A stretch of DNA of 64,000 nucleotides from Octopus vulgaris (GCA_951406725.2 OX597816.1:48484001-48548000), one strand, 5' to 3'; counted from the first letter of the stretch, positions 44,011-57,663 are shown. Made by a program: numbers and translations. Notes: generated by a model not told the origin, from the letters alone.

Positions 44011-44046
44011 CTTTCTGTAGAAGAGCGCAGGCTCGAAATGTAAAAG
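44011..44046 (+). ncRNA. Minimal hammerhead ribozyme-like motif (degenerate)
   Basis: CUUU-CUGUAGA-A-GAGC(GCAG)GCUC-GAAA-UG-UA-AAAG. Stems I and II are perfect. The core differs from CUGANGA/GAAAC at two positions, one of them a CpG-type decay of ACGU. Confidence 0.55.
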
Positions 44047-44082
44047 ACTTTTTCTATTCCTGAGCGTTATACTAATACATCT

Positions 44083-44155
<73 letters not shown>

Positions 44156-44560
44156 GTGATAGACACATGTACTATTATTTATAACTTTATCAACTTCACA
44201 TTCCACCTTTAAAAATGATTTATATTATGCCTCTTGAAGTTTTTAAATCCTTACGCAGTAAACAGTATATTTATTGTTCTGGTAGTTTTTCTTAATTATA
44301 TATTTGCTTTGTATATCTCTGCATATTAATGTGTAGTCTAGTTTTAGTAATGAACAAGGCAAAACTTGCTCAGAGCAAATTTAACAAGAGGTTGTATGTA
44401 GCATATTACTTTAAAAAAAAAAAAAAAACAGTGAAAAAGCAAAGAAAAAAATTACAAAAAAATAAACAAAACACACACCTTAGGGTTCTTATTATACAAG
44501 AGAATGACAATTTAACTGCATAAATTTGCAGTATGTATATGAGCACACACACACACGCTC

Positions 44561-44599
<39 letters not shown>

Positions 44600-45469
44600 T
44601 TTCATACACTCATTCATTCACTTGTACACACACATTTATACTCACAAACTAGCCTAGCCTTCTTTTGATGACAGTGTTTCAATACCAGCTTGAGGTTGAA
44701 TAGGTTTTTGCTACATAAACATTTCTCCAGTTACTCGGCTTTTTTCTCTCCATTTATCTTATATGCGAAGCGGTTGGGGGGTGGCAGTGCGTTTAATAAA
44801 AAAAAAAAAAAAATTAAATAAAAAATTTTTTGCAAGAGAAATATTTCAGAATACTTTAACTGATTCATCAAAATCTATCCTTAACGTAGCTACTGATGTA
44901 TATCAGAACATCTTACTTCTCTGATGTTATTTTTGTTTCGGCCATTTCAGTATGGTTCTGTTCTAACTGACTGCTGTCATTTTCTGTGATGAGTTGTTTG
45001 ATATCCGCCTTTCTTCTGGCTGTCAAGTCATCTTTTATCAATAAACTTATTAGGTTTAAAAGACGTTGATATATTGTGTCCTTTTGTTATCTTTTCTTTT
45101 TCTTTTTTGTGACTTTACTGTGTACAGATTTGTTAAGAACATTGTATATGCCTTCCTTTTTTATGTAAAATTTTAATTTTATTATTATTATTATCATCAT
45201 TATTATTATTATTATTATTATTATTGTTGTTGTTGTTATTGTTATTACTTTTTATATTTATGTCTCTGCAGTGCCTTATCAATTTATGCCTTCAGTCAAT
45301 AATGTCCTTAATTCAAACATGCATATGTATAGATATATACACACATACTCACACACATATATAAATATATACATACAGACGTGTGTGTGTATATATGTAT
45401 ATGTATATCTATGTCTATATCTATCTGTCTATCTATATTTATATATATGTGTGTGTCTGTGTATATATA

Positions 45470-45519
<50 letters not shown>

Positions 45520-45768
45520 TATGTGTGTGTGTGTTTTACTAGTGAATAGAAATAGTTCCTGCATAATAATGAGGGAAAATGAAAATTACCATTTTCGTTG
45601 TCAAATGAGATGCATAAATAGATCAATACGATAGTGAAAGCCAGCAGGAAGGTGTGTCTGATTTTGGTTTTAATTTGATAACTGACAATAATAAACAGTC
45701 TATGTTCTACTAAGTCAAGAATTCTTATTGGTTCCAATATTAAATTTTTACATATTTTCTTTATGCAG

Positions 45769-45817
45769 GTGAAGGAAGCTTCTATCATGTATGACTTACA
45801 GAAAGGAAGATCTCGAG
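45769..45817 (+). CDS. Internal 49-nt coding exon, RRM2 of a Musashi/DAZAP1/Hrb27C-family RNA-binding protein
   Basis: Pyrimidine tract + TTATGCAG| and |GTTAGT. Translates VKEASIMYDLQKGRSR-G, just before the RNP1 (RGFGF), in phase 0/1. A 49-nt exon at this RRM2 position matches my recollection of vertebrate MSI1/2 and DAZAP1 structure; MYD suggests DAZAP1/Hrb27C but 16 aa is too short to name the gene. Confidence 0.82.
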
Positions 45818-46361
45818 GTTAGTTCTTTGTAAATACAACCTGTCTCTGCCCTGTGCCATCTCTAACATCTTTATAGCTGACTAAAGATATTTCTCTATAT
45901 TACCGAGCAATCATAGATCCAATCAAATTGAATATTCTGCATATGAGATTTTAGAGACGAAATGGGATTTTTTTCCTTTCTTTATAATGAGATTTTCTTC
46001 ATAACTATCTGTACCAGTTGTATATTCACTATAATTTACACTTTAGTTAACAATTAGCGAATAATATTTTTTGTTGTTGTTGTTGTTTACAATGTGAATT
46101 GGTTCAGATATTAATTGCAGTCTTCGAATTGTGATAATTAGATTACCATAGAATGAGTTTAATGCTATCTTAAGGTCTAACAAATAACGAATTATTAAAT
46201 AATTCACTGTTCCTGCTATAATTATTAAATTTGCTTACATAATGTATTTTCCTTTCTTATATTAGTTTGCACCATATATTTGGTTGTTAGATTCCAGCAA
46301 CAGCAATAATTAATTTTCTCCTTTGGATTACATACAATACAAATCTCTGCTATCACTACTG

Positions 46362-46510
<149 letters not shown>

Positions 46511-46752
46511 CACATATATATATATATGTGTGTGTATATATATATATATATATACACACACACATATACGCATACAAATATATTTGCATATGTGTATGTA
46601 ACTGTTTATATATGTGTGTGAGTGTATTTATGTTTATATGTGTACATGTGTGTGTGTGTTTATATATGTATATGTATAATCATCTATGTGTGTATGTATA
46701 TATATATAAGTGTGTATGTGTTTATATGTATATATCTCTACATGTATGCATG

Positions 46753-46796
<44 letters not shown>

Positions 46797-47184
46797 ATGT
46801 ATATGTTGTATATATGTGTGTATGTATGTATTTTTGTGATCTCCATTGAAATTGCTTCGATCAAAGCTGACAACTTTCAAAAGTAGTTCTAAATAAATTA
46901 TACAAGTATTGGGTTTTATATTGTTTTATTTTTTTTTTTTAAATTAACAGAAGTGTCATTTTCACTTGTCAGTGATTAGCAAGTGCAAATCATTGAAGTT
47001 CTATTTTCGTATATCTGTGCAGAAACCTCACTAACAACTCCTTAAGTCATGAGTAACATTACAGTGATGTTTATAAGCAGATTACAAAAGGATATTTAAA
47101 GTAGCAGTTGATAATATGTAGAGTTACAAAGGTTACTGTATGAAACAAGGACATCAACTTTACCTGATTTTCTGCATAACTTTT

Positions 47185-47587
47185 ATCTTTTACTTATTTC
47201 AATCATTAGACTGTGGCCATGCTAGGGCATCATCTTGAAGAAGCTTTAATTGAATAAATTAACCCCTGTACAATTTCTTTTTTTTTCAAACCTGGTACTT
47301 ATTTTATTGGTCTATTTTGCTGAACCACTAATTATGTAGATGTAAGCTCACCAACACCAGTTATCAAATAGTAGTGGAGGTAAAATACTGACATAGATAT
47401 ACATATACATACGTAGATAAATATATATAAAAACAGGGTTCTTTCAGTTTCCATCTACCAAATTCACTCAAGGCTTTGGCTGGCCTGAGGCTATAGTAGA
47501 AGACACTTGCCCAAGGTGCTGTACAGTGGGACTGAACCCAGAACTATGTGGTTGGGAAGCAAACTTCTTACCACAGGGCTATGCCTA
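47185..47587 (-). mobile_element. SINE family A
   Basis: Reverse complement of the family A consensus. Confidence 0.8.
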
Positions 47588-47935
47588 CACTTATTTCTAC
47601 TTTAATATTTCCTTTTTTTTTTATTCATTGATGGACATTGTTTGTCACTAATTACTTGTGACCAGCTTTTTACTTGCTGGTGGTATTCTGCAGGCATACA
47701 AGAATACCACTTTTATAAATTGCAGTTGATAATGACCTATAGATTATTGGTCATTGTGCCAAGTTTTAAGTAAAAAAACTTTATGTATGTATGCATATAT
47801 GTCTATGTATGTTCATATGTATATATGTATGTACATATGTATGTTTGAATAAAACAGGCATATATATATAAAACAGAATTTTATAACATATGTATAATCT
47901 ATATAAACACTTGTGTGTGTGTGTATGCATATATA

Positions 47936-47972
<37 letters not shown>

Positions 47973-48759
47973 ATGTATTGTACAAGACTGCAAATCAAAG
48001 TGAAATTAATTTAAACATTAGGAGGCCTCATTAATGTTTAAGTTTATATCAGTTCTTTTGAAATAACACTGTGCAGAAAATAGTTATTGTTTAATTAAGA
48101 TGTCGAAAGAAAAAATATGCAAATTAGGCCATCCTCCATAGAGACAGCCTAATTCATTACTGCCTTATATAGCAGCTGATCTGTTTGGTGAAGAAAGCCA
48201 TTGTGTGTTCTCTGAGGAGTAGTAAGCATTCTGTGAAATGTTCCATTGGGAAACTCTTCTTTCTTTTGTTTTGCACACCTTTAGCATTGAAAGAATGTGT
48301 TTATATTCTTGTCTAATTCCCAGTGAATCATTGTAATGCTTAAATAACATGTGTATGTAGGTAGGTATATATACATATATTTGTGTATGTATGTATTTAT
48401 GTGTGTGTATATATATTTGTCTTTATGTATGTATGTCTATGTATATATGTGTGTGTATATATGTATGTGTAAGAATGTATGTATACATATATAAATGTGT
48501 GTGCATGTAAGCATGTATATATATATATATACACACACATAAATATATATAAATGTATATATATATATATAGATGTGTGTGTGTATGTGTATTATGACAT
48601 AAACACGCATGTATGTATGTGTATCTATATGTAAACCAGTGTGTATGTATAAATAAAGATATCCTCATGCTTGCATGTTTTACTGAAAGTAATGCAAAAG
48701 TGGGTGTGACTGTTATTAACTGACATGTTGTTCAAACGCACATGTTGGGTGAGAAACTT

Positions 48760-49740
48760 CCTACGTACAAAGGTAGCTACTCCACATGCTCTACATCAGA
48801 TGTGATATGTTTGTGTCATCATTGAATCCACCACTGGAATACTCTTTGAACGAATTCACATGTGCACTGCTGTGTCCATCGTTTTCACCAACTACTTTCA
48901 CCTCATTTATGTCACAAAATTATTGGGTCCAATAACTGTAATTTTCTTGGGCCAAATGGGGTGAGTTGGAGGGTCCCAGATTTGGGTTATACTGTGAGTG
49001 GTGAATCACTGACCAGCCCAATTTGCCAGTTAATTTGCCTGGTTTGTTGTTAAAGATGTGTGTGATTGTGCACTGTCATGCTGTAAGTAGATGGTTTTTA
49101 ATTTCTTCTTTAGTTATTTTTTCTCCTTAAGTTTTTCTCTAAATATGTTGTGCTTTTCAATCTATCACTTGCTGTTCCCCGTACAGCCATGTTTCTTCAA
49201 ATCAAGGAAAATTATGCACTTGTCATCTCCGTAATTGTCACTGTGACCTTCTGTGCTGATTGCTGGCTCTTGAACTTCTTAGGTCTTGGAGAAAAGATGC
49301 CCAGAATGAAATAGGACCAAGTGATGAGGATGATGCATGCACAAATGGAAAGTTGAATGATGAAGCAGTGTTTATCACATGACAAAATTGTGGCCTGTAT
49401 CAATTAGTCATCAGTAGCTGACCTTGTTGATTGTGAAGGTTATGGGGATATATATTTGTTTAGGTCAGTACTGAAAAGCATTTGATTGTCTGGCTGGATG
49501 TTGTAGTAGCTTCTAGAATTGCAGCACTTTCAATCCTATAAGGGTCACGAGGGCAAAGACCTCACACATGTCAGAAGCAGCCATCAGCAAATGTTTCCAC
49601 TGAATGTCTAAGCAAGACTAGCTGAGGCTATGATATTATCCAATCACTTCAATTGTGGTATACTCTTGTGTTACCATTCATATAGCCTTGCCCATCAGAA
49701 TCTGTCTTGTAACTCCTTTCTCACATATTCTAACCTCCTG
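48760..49740 (-). mobile_element. Mariner (DD34D) transposase relic
   Basis: SPRPKKFKSQQSAQKV (cf. KKFKTQPSAGKVM), LQHDSA (cf. HDNA) and PNLGPSN (cf. YSPDLAPSD) in the correct order; heavily decayed. Confidence 0.65.
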
Positions 49741-50089
49741 TCCATAGTGCCAGTGCTGTGTCTTCTCAGTGTGAAGAAGTAGTGACTTGAACTGGCTTGA
49801 CTCTTATCTCCAAGTTATGCATCTTAACAAGTCATATTATTCCAGGAATCCTTCAGGGGAGTTCCGTTTTTGCCACTTCTATTTGCATTCATACTCTTTC
49901 GGTCATTCTCTGAAATTCACAAGTTAGGCCCAAAAACTGAATGGAAGAAAGTGATTTTTTCTTTTTTCCACTTTCCTATTGTATGATGATTGAGTATTGT
50001 TTCTGAAGTATTATTGCATCAGTGTCTACAATTCTTGTATTCATTTAAGCATCTTACTTTCCATCACTCACATCTCATTTAGTTTTGCA

Positions 50090-50280
50090 CTTGCAGAACC
50101 AATTCCAAAATCACCAATAATCCTTTGGGAGGAAGCTCTAATGATATCACATTATGTATTCAAAACAGTAGATCGTTCACTTCAACATATAATGCAGAAA
50201 CATGTACCATTTGTTGGTAACATTATTGTGCTTTGTACTTACTGCCATCAGATCCTCTCAGTCAAAAAGAAAGGCAACAT
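50090..50280 (+). pseudogene. PIF1-family helicase relic (Helitron RepHel type)
   Basis: LAEPIPKSPIILWEEALMISHYVFKTVDRSLQHIMQKHVPFVGNIIVLCTYCHQILSVKKKG aligns by eye to PIF1 motifs II-III (LIIWDEAPM...AVDRSLRDI...PFGGK.VVL.GDFRQILPV). Confidence 0.75.
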
Positions 50281-50877
50281 ATGTATTCACAGTTGCTCTT
50301 ACTGTAAACTTGTCATTATCCTCAGAATTAAGATGATGCTATTCATTTCAATGCCAACAATGTCTAGTATGACATGCCTTTGCATTATCTGTCAACAGGC
50401 TGCTTGGGTAGAGTCTACAAAAGGCTGGTTTATATTTCAAGTGCAAAACATTTATTTATACAGCAACTGTTTGTTGCACATCACCAGCAAGTATAGGGAC
50501 ACTGACATCATTGCAATGCTTTATAGGATCAAAAACACTCTTGATAAAGTTTTTCTGATTAATCTGCTACTCCAGTTTACATATTTAATAACAAAAGTGC
50601 AATTTTAGTTGTAAGGTGAATTCAGCAGAAAAAAAAAATGCAACCAAAAATCTCTCTTAGTGATTACATATGTAATTTATTTTGGGATTTTTCAAAAATA
50701 AATTTCATGTTTTACCACAAAAATTATTGTTATTTTTCTATTTGTTTTCAGAAATTTCATTCAAATTATGCTAATTCCTGAAAGCATTAGTCATTTAGAT
50801 ATTTTAAACATGTTTATACTTTATTTATCCAAATTCATCTGTAGTGTATAGGAGGTTTTACACTATCGACTAGATAT

Positions 50878-51036
50878 TCAGGTGTGGCTGTGTGGTAAGA
50901 AGTTTGCTTCCCAACCACATGGTTCTGAGTTCAGTCCCACTGCATGGCACTTTGAGAAGTGTCTTCTACTATAGCCTCTGGCTGACCAAAGCCTTGTGAG
51001 TGGATTTGGTAAATGGAAACTGAAAGAAGCCCATTG

Positions 51037-51079
<43 letters not shown>

Positions 51080-51270
51080 CTTTGTCCTCCATCACCACTT
51101 GACAACTGGTATTGGTATGCTTACATCCCTGTAACTTAGCAGTCCAGCAAAAGAGACTGCTAGAACATGTACTAGGATTAAGAAATAAGTCCTTGGGTTG
51201 ATTTGTCAGACTAAAAGACTTCAAGGCGGTGTCTCAGCATGAAGTGAATGACTGAAACAAGTAAGAGAAT
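50878..51270 (+). mobile_element. SINE family A
   Basis: Full collinear match to the family A consensus. Confidence 0.88.
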
Positions 51271-51544
51271 AAATTCCTAATAATATTTAATCATAAAAAT
51301 ATAATTGGAGTTTTTAGACATTAAATGGCTTTGAGGGTTCTTCCCACTCCCTAAGTAAAAATAGGAATCAAAGGGGTCCATAGGAAAAAAAAAATGTTTG
51401 AGAATCACTGACTGACTTAGCCATTATTTTAGCTTTAGTATTCTTCTGTTGTCTTGTTTAAGAATCATAAGAATCATAACCATCATCATCATCGTCATCA
51501 TCATTTTTACATTTGCTTCTCCCATGCTACCATGGTTTACACTG

Positions 51545-52305
51545 AAGGCATGTGGCTTAATTGGTTAGGGTAGTACTCTTTTTCTCTTTTACTTGTTTCA
51601 GTCATTTGACTGTGGCTATGCTGGAGCACTGCCTTTAGTCGAGCAAATCGTCCCCAGGACTTATTCTTTGTAAGCCTAGTACTTATTCTGTCAGTCTCTT
51701 TTGCTGAACTGCTAAGTTATGGGGACGTAAACACACCAGCATCGGTTGTCAAGCGGTGTTGGGGGGACAAACACAGACACACACTCGCACACACTTATAT
51801 ATGTATATACATATATACGACGGGCTTCTTTCAGTTTCCGTCTACCAAATCCACTCACAAGGCTTTGGTTAGCCCGAGGCTATAGTAGAAGGCACTTGTC
51901 CAAGGTGCCACACAGTGGGAATGAACCCGGAACCATGTGGAGGGTAAGCAAGCTACTTACCACACAGCCACTCCTGTGCCTGGTTCTTTTTTTTTGAGTA
52001 ATATGCTACATACCACCTCTTGTTAAATTTGCTCATAAGGTAGTGAGTTTGATTCCCAGTGGTACATAGTGTTGTTGAGCAATACACTTTATTTCACGTT
52101 ACTCCAGTCCACTCAGCTGGCAAAAATGAGTTGTACCTGTAATTCAAAGGGCCAGCTTTGTCGCATTCTGTGCCTTGCTGAATTTTCCTGAGAGCCTATG
52201 TTAAAGGTACTCATGTCTGTGCAGTACTCAGCCACTTGCCTCGTTAATTTCATGAGGAGGCTCTTCTGAGCCCTTGTCATTATAACTGGCGGTGTGCCAG
52301 TTATA
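51545..52305 (+). mobile_element. SINE family D interrupted by SINE A
   Basis: Head GAAGGCATGTGGCTTAATTGGTTAGGGTA (to about 51572); the body resumes near 52030 with GAGTTTGATTCCC. Confidence 0.65.
51578..51980 (-). mobile_element. SINE family A, young copy
   Basis: Reverse complement of 22681-23075. Confidence 0.9.
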
Positions 52306-52564
52306 GTTTACACTTGTTGAGGTAGTATTGTATGGCTCAATGCTCTTCTTACTACCATTTCTCACTTGTTTCCAAGTAAGGTGCTGCTTATTCCTCTGGT
52401 CTTTCAAATGACAGAATGCTCAGTGGCTGGACACTGTTACATAAATGCTGACATCGTTTCGCACTAGGTTTCACAATGTTAAATGGGAAAACACACACAC
52501 ACACACAGGTTTACATACATACATACACATGTTTGTGTGTGTGTTTTTATATATATACATACAA

Positions 52565-52822
52565 GAATTTTTTAGCGTAATGAGATAAAAAAACCAAGGC
52601 TGTGTAGATATTAGATCATTTATAGATAGAAGGTCTTACAGCTGTTTCTAGGATATTTACTAATTATATCCCTTCATTGGAGATGGTGCGAGAGGATGGT
52701 TAAATCTGATGAAGGGATATAATTAATAAATATCCTGGAGACAGGTGTAAGACCTTCTAACTATTAATGTTCTAATATCTACACAGCCTTGGTTTTTTTA
52801 TTTCGGTATGCAAAAAATTTTT
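52565..52822. repeat. Foldback palindrome (~115-bp arms) carrying a hammerhead motif in each arm (Penelope-like)
   Basis: Right arm (+): CTGATGA-AGGGATAT...ATATCCTG-GAGAC-AGGT-GTA-AGA. Left arm (-): TCT-CCAATGA-AGGGATAT...ATATCCTA-GAAAC-AGCT-GTA-AGA. Confidence 0.8.
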
Positions 52823-54073
52823 ATATACACACACTGACATATGACCAGCGTTGAACCCATTATTCGCAAAATTTCCGAACTTGGAACTTGACTATGGTCT
52901 GTCTTTAGCACTTATTCAGCATTACCTGATACCTTTGGGTCTCAATGACACCATTACCTCTTATAATCTATATATACATACATATATATTTTTTTCTGTA
53001 TACTACAGATTTCAGTACAGTTTCCATGGATCAATTTTATTCATAAAACATTAGAATACTCAATGCTAAAGGAAAACACACTTACTGTGCTATACAGTAG
53101 GATGGAATTCCAAACCACATGGCCTTGAATTAAATTTCTTAACCACACAGCCAAGATGGTGTCTAAATAACAACCATACTGAAAAAGAGTGGGAAAGTAA
53201 ATAGCATGGGTCAGTTGAATTTTGGATTAATTTGGTGATTTCAGCAGGTTAGTGACAGATGTAGAATAGGTGTTGCAGGTACATCGCATTCTAATCAAAA
53301 GGAAGTTTCCATTGAAAATTGAGAGTTACAGTATAGAAAATTTAGATTATTTTTGCATAAACTGTGTCATTTTACATCCATACTTCCTCCAGCAATCTTA
53401 GGTATTACAAGGGAGATAATCATCTCTTTATAATATTTGGTAGGATTAGAAATTTGAACTTGAAATTAAGGAGTTATAAGGAAAAAGTTTCTTAGAATTC
53501 ACATATTTAATTTATTTCCACTTATTACAAAGATCTTAAAATTTCTAATCATTGGTGATCATGTATAGTACTATTTCATTCTTTTTAAGAAATCAGCAGC
53601 ATGATGTAATCTGTAACCTAAAAATTAAACATTCTATGAAGTGAGACATTTCATTAAAGATGGAAATGATTACAGCCTGGAGATAGAATATGTTTATTTT
53701 TGTTCTGTTATTTTGAGTCCAAAGTTGGATAAAGCAAAGCTAGCTTGCTTTGATACTGAGGATTAATAACTTTGAAATGATAGCATTGATTTAAGCTGTT
53801 GGTAACAACAAGATTACAAGGATGAAATAATACTAGATTTCAAGTACTTGCAGCTTGGAAATATCTCTCTCTAATTGTAACTGCTTCTCGTAAAATACCA
53901 TGCAAATACAGTGCATAAGTTCCTGGTAAATGGGAAAATGCATCATGTATTTGATAATATTAATAGAACAGTTCCTTGATCTTCTCCACCTCTATCTAGC
54001 CACATTCTGAAACTGATAGGGTTCTTCCCCAACTCTTCCTCACTCTTTCTCTCTCTCTGTCAATAATAATGAC

Positions 54074-54105
<32 letters not shown>

Positions 54106-54477
54106 TAATGGTTAATGTCAATCCTTGAGTAGAAGTTATGACAATTAGACTTAAGTTATCTTCAATGACTCTGGTTTAAACTGCTGTCAATCTCATTATG
54201 AAATCAAGTTACAGTGAGGGGCCTTAACTGGAAATAGAACTATCAGAAAAATATGCATTTGTAAATAGGTGCTCACCTATAAATACTCATAGTATTTATA
54301 TGATGTTCATGTGTTGTAGGAGGTTTTATGGACTTCAGTAATATACAAGCAAGCTCACTCGCTATGCTGTACTGGGAAAACATTTATAAAAATTCATTTG
54401 TTTCTTGCAAGTTGTTGCCTGAACACAACTAATGCTAACTAATCAATGAATTTTATCAATCCTCTCAAATATATTTC

Positions 54478-54872
54478 TCTTTTATCTCTTTTACGTGTTT
54501 CAGTCATTTGACTGCGGCCATACTGGAGTACCACTTTTAGTCGAGCAAATCGACCCCCAGGACTTATTCTTTGGAAGCTTAGTACTTATTCTATCAGTCT
54601 CTTTTGCCAAACCGCTAAGTTACGGGGACGTAAACACACCAGCATCGGTAGTCAAGCGATGTTGGGGGGAAAAACACAGATGCACAAACATATACACACA
54701 CATACATAAACATATATCCAACGGCCTTCTTTCAGTTTCCGTCTACCAAATCCACTCACAAGGCTTTGGTCAGCTATAGTAGAAGACACTTGCCCAAGGT
54801 GCCACACAGTGGGACTGAACCAGGAACCATGTGGTTGGAAAGCAAGCTACTTACCACACAGCCATTCCTGCA
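54478..54872 (-). mobile_element. SINE family A
   Basis: Reverse complement of the family A consensus. Confidence 0.88.
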
Positions 54873-54933
54873 CCTTATATATGAAACTTTGTTTAACTTC
54901 TATCATTACTTATTTCAAAAATATGTAAATATA

Positions 54934-56147
54934 CAAGGTGTGTTCGTAAAGTAACCAACTTTATCGTTACCCATCATAACTAATGCTACGTGGGCAAAAG
55001 CCTTTGGGTGGGAGGTATTACCACCTTTCCTGTACATGTGTGAAACTTTTCACACCAGTAGGTAATGTCAGTTCCCAACTGTTATGCTTAGAGTACAGAC
55101 GTCTAGTGCATGCTCATCAGATTTTCATTTTCACTAAATGCACCAGGCAGAGATATTGTTTTTTTTTTTTGTTCCGTCTTGAGTCATGCCTGGCTCATAA
55201 GGGCCAGTTTCCTTGGCGTATAGGTTTCCCACCTGGATGGGACACCGGTCCATCCCAGGTGAGCTGAAAGATGCAGGAGGAAAGAGTGAGAGAAAGTTGT
55301 GGTGAAAGAGTCAGCAGAAGTTTGCCATTACCTTCTGCCGGAGCCGCATGGAGCTTAGGTGTTTCGCTCATAAACACACACATCACCTGGTCTGAGATTT
55401 GAACCCGCGATCCCTCGACCCCGAGACCGCTGCTCTAACCATTAGGCCATGTGCCTCCACAGGCATAGATATTGCATCAAGTTTATTCAAAAGCTCAAAC
55501 CATCCAGAAGATTCAACAGATCTGTGGTGATGATGCCATGGGCAAGACTCTGATGAAGGAGTGGTACAACCTCTTTCAACGTGGCTCCACCTCAGTAGAG
55601 AGCAAGGAATGCTCAGGCAGGCCATCCACAAGTCAAATGAGGAGCTGATTGAGAAGGTTTTGGTGAATAGTCATGGAAGACTATTATGTAACAGTCTAGG
55701 AAATTGCTCAAAAAATGGCAATAAACACAGGATCAGTGCATTCCATTTTAATGGGGGATTTGTGTACGCAAAGAGTGCTGGCGAAATTTGTCCCTAAAGT
55801 GCTGGCAGAGCAGCAGAAATAATTCCACATGGAAATTTTTCAAGACCTGTTGTAATGTTCAAATCACAACCCAGACTTCATGAAGACTATCATCACCGAT
55901 GATGAGACATGGATTTGTTGGTCTCTGTTTGATGTGCTCAGCCATCTTGCATGAAAATAAAAATCTGACAAGTCCACACTACACATCTGTACTCTTGGCA
56001 TACCAGCTGGGAACTGACGTAGCTTACTGGTGTGAAAATTTACACCTAAGCAGAGGAAAGTGGCATTGCCTGCCACCCAAAGGATATTGCCCATGCAGCA
56101 TTAGTTTTGGTGGGAAAACGAAATAGGATAGTTTTTGGACAACCTCG
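54934..56147 (+). mobile_element. Mariner element with degenerate TIRs and an internally deleted transposase
   Basis: TA|CAAGGTGTGTTCGTAAAGT...AGTTTTTGGACAACCTCG|TA. Translates DDAMGKTLMKEWYNLFQRG...SGRPSTS, AKFVPKVL, PDFMKTIITDDETW. Confidence 0.82.
55157..55462 (-). mobile_element. tRNA-derived SINE family E inserted in the mariner
   Basis: Head TGGCCTAATGG (A box)...GGTTCAAATCT (B box); A-rich tail. Confidence 0.82.
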
Positions 56148-56319
56148 TAAATCTTAAAATATATAATCATGCAACTAATCCCGATTCCCTAAAATTACTG
56201 GCCTTGTGCTAAAATTTGAAACAATTATTATTACTGTTATCTTCATACAATTTATTGTGATATTATTGTCATGTCAGAAATGATGGCACAGATGGTGACA
56301 TACTGTACAGTAATTAATT

Positions 56320-56610
56320 CCATCATCATCATTTAATGTTCACTTTCCATGCTGGCATGAATTGGATGGTTTGACTGAGGACTGGCAAGCCAGGAGGCTG
56401 CACCAGTCTCCAGTCTGATGTGGCAAGGATTTTAGAGCTGGATGCCCTTCCTAATACCAACCACACCAAGAGTGTAGTAGGTGCTTTTTTTGCGCCACCG
56501 GCATGGGGTCCAGCCAGGCAGTACTGGCATCGACCATGCTTGAATGGTGCTTTTTACATGCCACTGGCATGGGAGCCAGTCAGGCAGTACTGGCATCGGC
56601 CACGACAATG
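56320..56610 (-). mobile_element. Older RTE 3'UTR copy
   Basis: (CAT)n tail, GGATGCCCTTCCTAA block and two decayed tandem units. Confidence 0.75.
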
Positions 56611-57663
56611 ATTGTTATGTATGTATACATGTATAGTTTGTGTGTGTGTGTGTGTAGGACTTGATCTTCCAGTTTAACTTACAACATTATGTTTCTATTG
56701 GTTTATCAAATTACTGAAATAATCTGTCATTTACAACTCCTGTCAGTTATTTTCTTGATACAATGGAATTTGAACCCAACATATGGAGAACAGAAACAGA
56801 CACAGACACCACAAAGCAACGTGTCTGACACTATAATTCTGCTAATCCACCGCTCTGGAATTGTGCCTTCTTCCATCAGCCCTGAAAGGATTAAAGACAA
56901 AAAGTTGATTTTGGCAGGATTTGAACTCTGAACACAAAGAGCTTTTACAGCTACTACACAGCATTATTCTATCCAATACTCTAGGAAAGGCATCCAGCCA
57001 TAAAGAACATGCTAAAACAGACACTGAGTGCAGTCTGGTGCAGTCTTCTGCAAGCCAACTCCTCAAACTGTTTAACCCATGCCAGCATGGAAAGCAGACA
57101 TTAAATCATGATGATGATGATGTCTCTAATTAAGTAGACACAACTATATTTGCATTGCAAACATGAAATCTAGGGTTCAGTCCTGTGTGGTAACTTAGGC
57201 AAGTGACTTTGCCATAGCTTTGGGTTAGCCAAGTCTTCTGAGGGAATTTGAATAGCTGAAAACTGTACTGTGTAGAATCCCACCAGATGGATTGTGCTTG
57301 TAATCCTAAAGCCCAGCTTTGTGACACTGCGACAATACTGATTTTATTTGAGAAATATGTTTAGGGTACATGTTTGGAGAATAGTCAGCCATTTCACATG
57401 TTAATCCATTAAGTAGGTCATCAGTCAAGTTTATGGATCAATCGACCGGATGCTCATATGTTGCTAGCTGATGTAAGAGTTAATCCCTTATACATAAGGC
57501 ATGACTCTGTGGTTTAAAAAGCTCATTTTGCAACCATGTGGTTTCACATCAAATCCCACTGCGGGGCACCTTAGGCAAGTGTCCTTTACAATTGTCCTGG
57601 ACTGACCAATGTCTTGTGAGTGAATTTGTTTAATGGAAACTGAGGAAGCCCATCATATATATA

